Origin: Bispira polyomma
Taxonomy: Eukaryota
Direction: 5' to 3'
Length of the DNA stretch: 64,000 bases
Assembly (NCBI GenBank): GCA_965649765.1
Contig: OZ287754.1
Location: 37,944,001-38,008,000 of the forward strand
The stretch's first letter is position 1; the number at the start of each line of letters is the position of its first letter. Positions 58,350 to 64,000 of this stretch are shown here, in pieces. The position numbers and the translations under genes are program-made. Below the pieces are notes generated by a model that worked only from the letters and a program-made list of their open reading frames with translations, searched no databases and was not told the DNA's origin.

Positions 58350-61055
58350 TTATCCCCAGATTCTAGAAGTGTCTGAGTCATCACGCCATAACCGCTTGTC
58401 TAGGTTTGGAATCACATAATAGGGTTTGGGAGCATATCTTTTGCCCCAGGTCCTAGAACCGCCGTCACTCCAGGAGCGTTTTAATGTATCGATGATATAA
58501 TCGGTATCCCTCTTACCCCAGACACGATTAGCATCGTCCCCATCCCAGCCCCGCTTAGTATCTACTGACCTTTTGTTAATTGATCGTTTTCCGAACTGAC
58601 GCCCAGATGTAAACCCCCAATTCCTCTTCTCAGGTTCATATAAATCATATACACCATAGCTTTGACCGCCGGGATAGTCCCATTCAGCCTGATCCTGCCC
58701 ATACTCCTCCATTGCTCTCTTTCCCCAGTACCTTGATGTGGAACCCCATGACCTTTTATCCAAACCATTATCTAAGACTACTGGTACATCGACACTTCTT
58801 TTACCCCAGAGTCTGCGCATTTTCCCTGACCAGCCTCTTTTATCACTATTCATTTCCTCCAACACAGCTTCGACATCTCTCTTACCCCACTGTCTTGTGT
58901 TACCAGCAACATCCCATTTATTTTCGTTGTCTTCATTCAGAGATCGTTTCTCTAATTGGCTCTTATTGATATCTGCCGACTCTTTTTTCAAATCACCGGC
59001 ATCCTTCTTATCAGCCTCACCATTATCTGATTCAGACACCCCATTTTCACTTAAGTTCTCATCATCACGTTTTCCGAACATTCGTGAGCCCTTAGATCCC
59101 CATTTTTTATCTGCATCTATTTCATTTTCCCTTTTCCCAAACATTCTTGAACTTTGATCTCCCCATTTTTTATCTGCATCTATTTCATTTTCCCTTTTCC
59201 CAAACATTCTTGAACTTTGATCTCCCCATTTTTTATCTTCACCTATTGCGTCTTCCCTTTTCCCAAACATCCTTGAACTTTGACCTCCCCATTTTTTATC
59301 TGCACCTACGTCATCTTTCCTTTTCCCAAACATCCTTGAACTTTGACCTCCCCATTTTTTATCTACATCAATTTCATCTTCCCTTTTCCCAAACATTCGA
59401 GAACTTTGACCTCCCCATTTCTTGTCAGCATCAATTTCATCTTCCCTTTTACCAAACATCCTTGAACTTTGACCACCCCACTTTTTATCAGTATCTATAC
59501 CATCCTCCCTTTTCCCAAACATCCTTGAACTTTGACCGCCCCACTTTTTATCAGTATCTATACCATCCTCCCTTTTCCCAAACATCCTAGAACTTTGACC
59601 ACCCCACTTTTTATCAGTAGCTATACCATCCTCCCTTTTCCCAAACATCCTTGAACTTTGACCGCCCCACTTTTTATCAGTATCTATACCCTCCTCCCTT
59701 TTCCCAAACATCCTTGAACTTTGACCGCCCCACTTTTTATCAATATCTATACCCTCCTTCCTTTTCCCAAACATCCTAGAACTTTGACCGCCCCACTTTT
59801 TATCAGTATCTATGCCTTCCTGCCTTTTCCCAAACATCCTTGAACTTTGACCACCCCACTTTTTATCAGTATCTATACCCTCCTCCCTTTTCCCAAACAT
59901 CCTAGAACTTTGACCACCCCACTTTTTATCAGTATCTATTCCATCCTCCCTTTTCCCAAACATCCTTGAACTCTGACCTCCCCATTTTTTATCTGCATCA
60001 ATTTCACCTTCCCTTTTTCCAAACATTCTTGAACTTTGACCTCCCCATTTCTTATCAGCATCAATTTCATCTTCCCTTTTACCAAACATTCTTGAACTTT
60101 GACTGCCCCACTTTTTATCAGTATCTATACCCTCCTCCCTTTTCCCAAACATCCTAGAACTTTGACCACCCCACTTTTTATCAGTATCTATACCCTCCTC
60201 CCTTTTCCCAAACATCCTTGAACTTTGACCGCCCCACTTTTTATCAGTATCTATACCCTCCTCCCTTTTCCCAAACATCCTTGAACTTTGACCGCCCCAC
60301 TTTTTATCAGTATCTATACCCTCCTCCCTTTTCCCAAACATCCTTGAACTTTGACCGCCCCACTTTTTATTAGTATCTATACCATCCTCTCTTTTCCCAA
60401 ACATCCTAGAACTTTGACCGCCCCACTTTTTATCAGTATCTATACCATCCTCCCTTTTCCCAAACATCCTTGAACTTTGACCGCCCCACTTTTTATCAGT
60501 ATCTATACCATCCTCCCTTTTCCCAAACATCCTAGAACTTTGACCGCCCCACTTTTTATCAGTATCTATACCCTCCTCCCTTTTCCCAAACATCCTTGAA
60601 CTTTGACCTCCCCATTTTTTATCTGCATCAATTTCGTCTTCCCTTTTCCCAAACATTCGGGAATTTTGTCCACCCCATCGCTTTTCCTCATCCTGAATCT
60701 GATCGTCAACATCTCTCTTGCCCCATTGTCTAAATTTTTGATTACTCCATTGATGGCTACGCTTTTCTTCTGTTTCTGGTGTAAGTTTATTGTCCGTTAC
60801 TTTCATACTTGACATTTTATCACTTGTGTCTGCCTCTTCTATGGTCTTACCATTTTGTGCTGCTGTCTTGTTGTTGGAGTCTATAATTTTCTCTTGAGTG
60901 TCTTCACGGTCTTTCTTGAGTTCGGGTGCCGATATAACATTTTCCTTACTTTTGTCTGCTGTCTGTACTGCTTTCAAACACATTACATGATCAGCTACAT
61001 ATAGCGCTATCACCACACAAGGTAGCCAATATCTATGGATTAGGCCACACTTCAT
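58350..61055 (-). CDS. Neuropeptide precursor, myoinhibitory peptide / allatostatin-B (Wamide) family-like, 901 aa, about 34 predicted amidated peptides
   Basis: Signal-like N-terminus MKCGLIHRYWLPCVVIALYVADHVMC. Peptides are bounded by KR/KK and GKR: SHQWSNQKFRQWa, 26 x W-X7-Fa, ..WDVAGNTRQWa, GWSGKMRRLWa, SWGSTSRYWa (W-X6-W), NWGFTSGRQFa, GWDGDDANRVWa, SWSDGGSRTWa, LWRDDSDTSRIWa (G then stop); spacers are acidic. Confidence 0.9.
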   Translation of the reverse strand: MKCGLIHRYWLPCVVIALYVADHVMCLKAVQTADKSKENVISAPELKKDREDTQEKIIDSNNKTAAQNGKTIEEADTSDKMSSMKVTDNKLTPETEEKRSHQWSNQKFRQWGKRDVDDQIQDEEKRWGGQNSRMFGKREDEIDADKKWGGQSSRMFGKREEGIDTDKKWGGQSSRMFGKREDGIDTDKKWGGQSSRMFGKREDGIDTDKKWGGQSSRMFGKREDGIDTNKKWGGQSSRMFGKREEGIDTDKKWGGQSSRMFGKREEGIDTDKKWGGQSSRMFGKREEGIDTDKKWGGQSSRMFGKREEGIDTDKKWGSQSSRMFGKREDEIDADKKWGGQSSRMFGKREGEIDADKKWGGQSSRMFGKREDGIDTDKKWGGQSSRMFGKREEGIDTDKKWGGQSSRMFGKRQEGIDTDKKWGGQSSRMFGKRKEGIDIDKKWGGQSSRMFGKREEGIDTDKKWGGQSSRMFGKREDGIATDKKWGGQSSRMFGKREDGIDTDKKWGGQSSRMFGKREDGIDTDKKWGGQSSRMFGKREDEIDADKKWGGQSSRMFGKREDEIDVDKKWGGQSSRMFGKRKDDVGADKKWGGQSSRMFGKREDAIGEDKKWGDQSSRMFGKRENEIDADKKWGDQSSRMFGKRENEIDADKKWGSKGSRMFGKRDDENLSENGVSESDNGEADKKDAGDLKKESADINKSQLEKRSLNEDNENKWDVAGNTRQWGKRDVEAVLEEMNSDKRGWSGKMRRLWGKRSVDVPVVLDNGLDKRSWGSTSRYWGKRAMEEYGQDQAEWDYPGGQSYGVYDLYEPEKRNWGFTSGRQFGKRSINKRSVDTKRGWDGDDANRVWGKRDTDYIIDTLKRSWSDGGSRTWGKRYAPKPYYVIPNLDKRLWRDDSDTSRIWG
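59066..60703 (-). repeat. Coding tandem array, 26 x 63 bp
   Basis: The first and last RMF units are 1575 nt (25 x 63) apart; each unit is spacer-KK-WGGQSSRMF-GKR. Confidence 0.95.
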
Positions 61056-61166
61056 TTTGTACAAGCTACGCAAAGAGGAAATGGAGCACTTCCCCCTCTG
61101 GGAATTAAACCTTCTTGACGTCTTCTGGGATGACACTCTTCTTGTTGTCCAATTTCCTTCTTAGTC

Positions 61167-61186
61167 CTGAAAAATACACAAAACAG
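61167..61186 (-). promoter_or_regulatory. Splice acceptor for the neuropeptide coding exon (5' UTR intron)
   Basis: ctgttttgtgtatttttcag| lies 111 nt upstream of the ATG. Confidence 0.65.
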
Positions 61187-64000
61187 GGTTATTGTAATCA
61201 TTTATTTAGATGGTTTCGCTGTTTTTTGTTATTATTTGGTGGGTAAGTTTTGGTGTAACTCTAGATACTCTTGACACATGCCATTACAAAAAAATTATCT
61301 TTCTTTATCATAAAAAAATATCATTAGTGTTTCAAGCAAATAAACGTCCCCTTTCTGTCACACATGGAATGGTTATGGGGTTATTGTTATTTTGTAATTT
61401 CTCTGCTGGAAGCAATTATTCATTTCTGTGGAGGCTAATACATAAATGCCATTATAAAACTAAGCACAGAAATATGTGAAACTTTATATAAGGTTAGCTG
61501 TATCAACAATTGGAAACATGCACTGAATATGAAGTATCACTGTTTACTGTTGAGCATACTTGAACAGTCTTTACTTTGAATGAATAGGTTGTAATATATT
61601 TTTTTCGCCAAGAAAAATGCTTTGTCAAGAATATTATATTCCACACACAAAAATGTATAATTAGCAAAGAAAATAGTAAAATTCACAAATTGTATAATTA
61701 ATAACCATAACATGAATAAGTATTGTTAGACTTGCAAACAGGCATTTTAAATTAATGGTCAACATGTTCTGATCAATAAATTGTTATTTTAAAATTTACA
61801 TTATCTTTGTTTAAATATTATATCACTGACACATGATACAATTTTTAATTTATTAGAAAGAGTCTTGTAACTGAAGCTTTTTTTAAAGCTACAGCACTAA
61901 AATAGCGAAACCACATCAATCTTTGGCCAACGACTCTAAATAGTGGAATAAAGTTGGCACAATCAAAGGGTTTTTATATGTTGTTGTTTTCGGCAATATA
62001 TCAGCTTTATGTTATCATTCTGCACAGTTATAGTTGACAAAAACACCAATAAATAAAACCAGGTGCTATTAAAATGGCTGCACGTAATGAAATACTCATT
62101 ACTGCCCGTCTTTGATGAAACAAGTTATTACAGACATGGCTCATAGTTGAGAACATTTATGCTCCCTTATTGAGGCCAAGAATTGGCTTTCTGGTGATAT
62201 TGAGTCTGAACTGGTAAACATGTCATGCACCAATAACCACTAATTAGTACCTTATATAGTGTCCCTCTGCACCCTCTCTCTCTCGATATATATATATATC
62301 AGGCTTGAGCAGAGAATGTGGCTTAAATAAAATGACATTTTTAGTGTGTTTATTGTGCAAAAGCGGGAACAATTAGCTGGTTTTATTGTCATAGATTTAT
62401 ACTCAGCTCTAAATACAATTAGCCATCAACTCAGTGTAAATGGTTTGGCCTATTCAACTGGTTTGCATACTATAAAAGTCCACCTGAATAACCCACCACT
62501 ACAATCCAATCTCCCATCCGCTTTCATATGGCTATTAACTCTTTTTTCATTGTCCAGGTTGCTCAATTACTTTTTTCCAGAACACCACTTTGCTGGTGTA
62601 TACATTGAACTACGAGTCTTAATTCCGTGCCCTTTGAAAATCTATTCTCACCTCAGTCTATTGTTTGGCATACAAAAAAAGAAATATACTGATGAACTTC
62701 TGGTCACTGAATGGTGACAAATGGGGCTTGTTTTATTGAGCTGTTGCATTTAAAAGGGTATACACACTGAAACTTAAGGCTTTCTCAGACAGTTTCATGG
62801 CTGTTGCATGCTCAGACTTACTTTTGGTCCCACATTATGTGTTGAATTTATTGAATGAATTTGTGCCATGAATGAATTGTCTAAAAACATAGTTACAGTT
62901 CTAAGGCTAAAAATTTAACCATTTTGACCCCAACGACATTTTTTCTGTAAATGGTTACAGATAGCTGGAGTTACTAAAACACGGACCACAGAATACTTCT
63001 GGCATTTAATAACGGTCTCACATATAAATTGGTAAACAGGGTATTACTGCTATACTATCAATTTTCTATTGCAGGGAACTTAAGGAACAAAAATACTATT
63101 TTTTTGGGTGTCGACTACTTGCTGACAGACATTCATTCTTGTTGACAACCTAGGAGTTGAAAGAGTTGCATGTAAAAGCGGTATGTCTGATATGTTCTTA
63201 CTCATGCTAATGCTATTCATATTCAAATTTGTGCATTCACCTCCTTTTGTCTGTTATTTAAGGCACCAACCAATTAAACATTCTTGACTGCCTAAGGATA
63301 GCAAACCAGTAACTGCCTTTCCCTTAACTGAAGAAACTTACACATAAAAGCTATAGGTATTGAATTGGACACTAATGTAGACTTTTGAGGTGTGAACTAA
63401 TGTTACATTTACTGCCTTGATGGACAACATGGTTGAGAGCTTAGCTGGATTATTTTTACTAACACCATGCAGCAGTGAGTTACATATAGACATTCTAATC
63501 GTTGTCCTGGTAAGAACGGTCTCCTAATATCACAACAGAAGTCAATACTACTAGCAAAACACATGTTCTGTCATCCTGAACATTTAGCCCAAGTCGGTTT
63601 GACATTCTAAATAAACACAATTTATACAAACCGTCCCGGTCTGACCTCTCATTACAAAGGACAGGTGACTCGTAAGGCAACGGCCTAACTACTGTTAACT
63701 ACTGCTTTGCATGTGCCCACCAGTACACTTACTACAGAAGCTATTATGTTTCATTATGCAAGGAGTGCTTACTTGAGTAAAAACTGGCAGTGATTGAAGT
63801 ATGCTGTCATGGATGTAAGCAAGGGCTTGAGTTAAGGCTTTCTATTTGTATAAATGTCACCATACTTGTGACCACAAAGGTATGACCACACTATTGCATT
63901 AGGGTGGGTGTAACTGGGAGTTACAAGATCCACTTGGTGGAGCAGTGTACTTTTGAGGCAGAACAGTACATTCTCTGATTTAATATGTTGTAAGCAATGT

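Noticed and set aside
59066-60703. Repeat-spacer pattern resembling a CRISPR array
   Set aside because: The spacers are near-identical, the 63-bp period is in frame, and it encodes GKR-terminated peptides in a eukaryotic gene; no cas genes are present.
61056-61136. Extra 27 N-terminal residues in the 928-aa ORF call
   Set aside because: The call starts at GTG; the first ATG (61055) directly precedes the signal-like segment.
61210-63680. Short ORFs at the right end and other AT-rich 60-120 aa ORFs
   Set aside because: Low-complexity composition, many non-ATG starts, and no domains or splice chains; this region is probably the 5' intron or upstream flank of the neuropeptide gene.

Overview
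AT-rich eukaryotic genomic DNA, most consistent with a lophotrochozoan marine invertebrate (inferred from the gene families present). There are two host genes, both on the minus strand. (1) A single-coding-exon neuropeptide precursor (ATG 61055, stop 58350, 901 aa) of the MIP/allatostatin-B (Wamide) type; its core is 26 tandem 63-bp units encoding W-X7-F-amide peptides (21 x WGGQSSRMFamide). (2) The 5' part of a divergent thioester-protein/alpha-2-macroglobulin/CD109-family gene, invisible in the ORF track; I rebuilt 11 phase-compatible GT-AG exons (358 codons, MG1 to about MG4) between 54415 and 706. Its 34-kb intron (6986-40999) holds a deep transposon nest: Tx1/L1 LINE relics, two Gmr1-type Gypsy elements (integrase upstream of RT; one inserted in the other with a 5-bp TSD), two young tyrosine-recombinase retrotransposons with split direct repeats (Ngaro-like A 18152-25062, apparently intact; B 29087-36107, with a deletion in pol), an older Ngaro relic, and a small element carrying loxP-like palindromes. 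A second Ngaro relic lies at 46.8-48.1 kb. The most notable points: the two Ngaro-like elements appear to join gag to pol by different recoding signals (in-frame UAG readthrough in A; A_AAA_AAC plus hairpin -1 frameshift in B); they share cis motifs around the B1-A2 module and a GCA|CAGT junction; and B carries a hairpin array whose G-U wobbles favour the antisense strand. All of this is read by eye; no database search was run.
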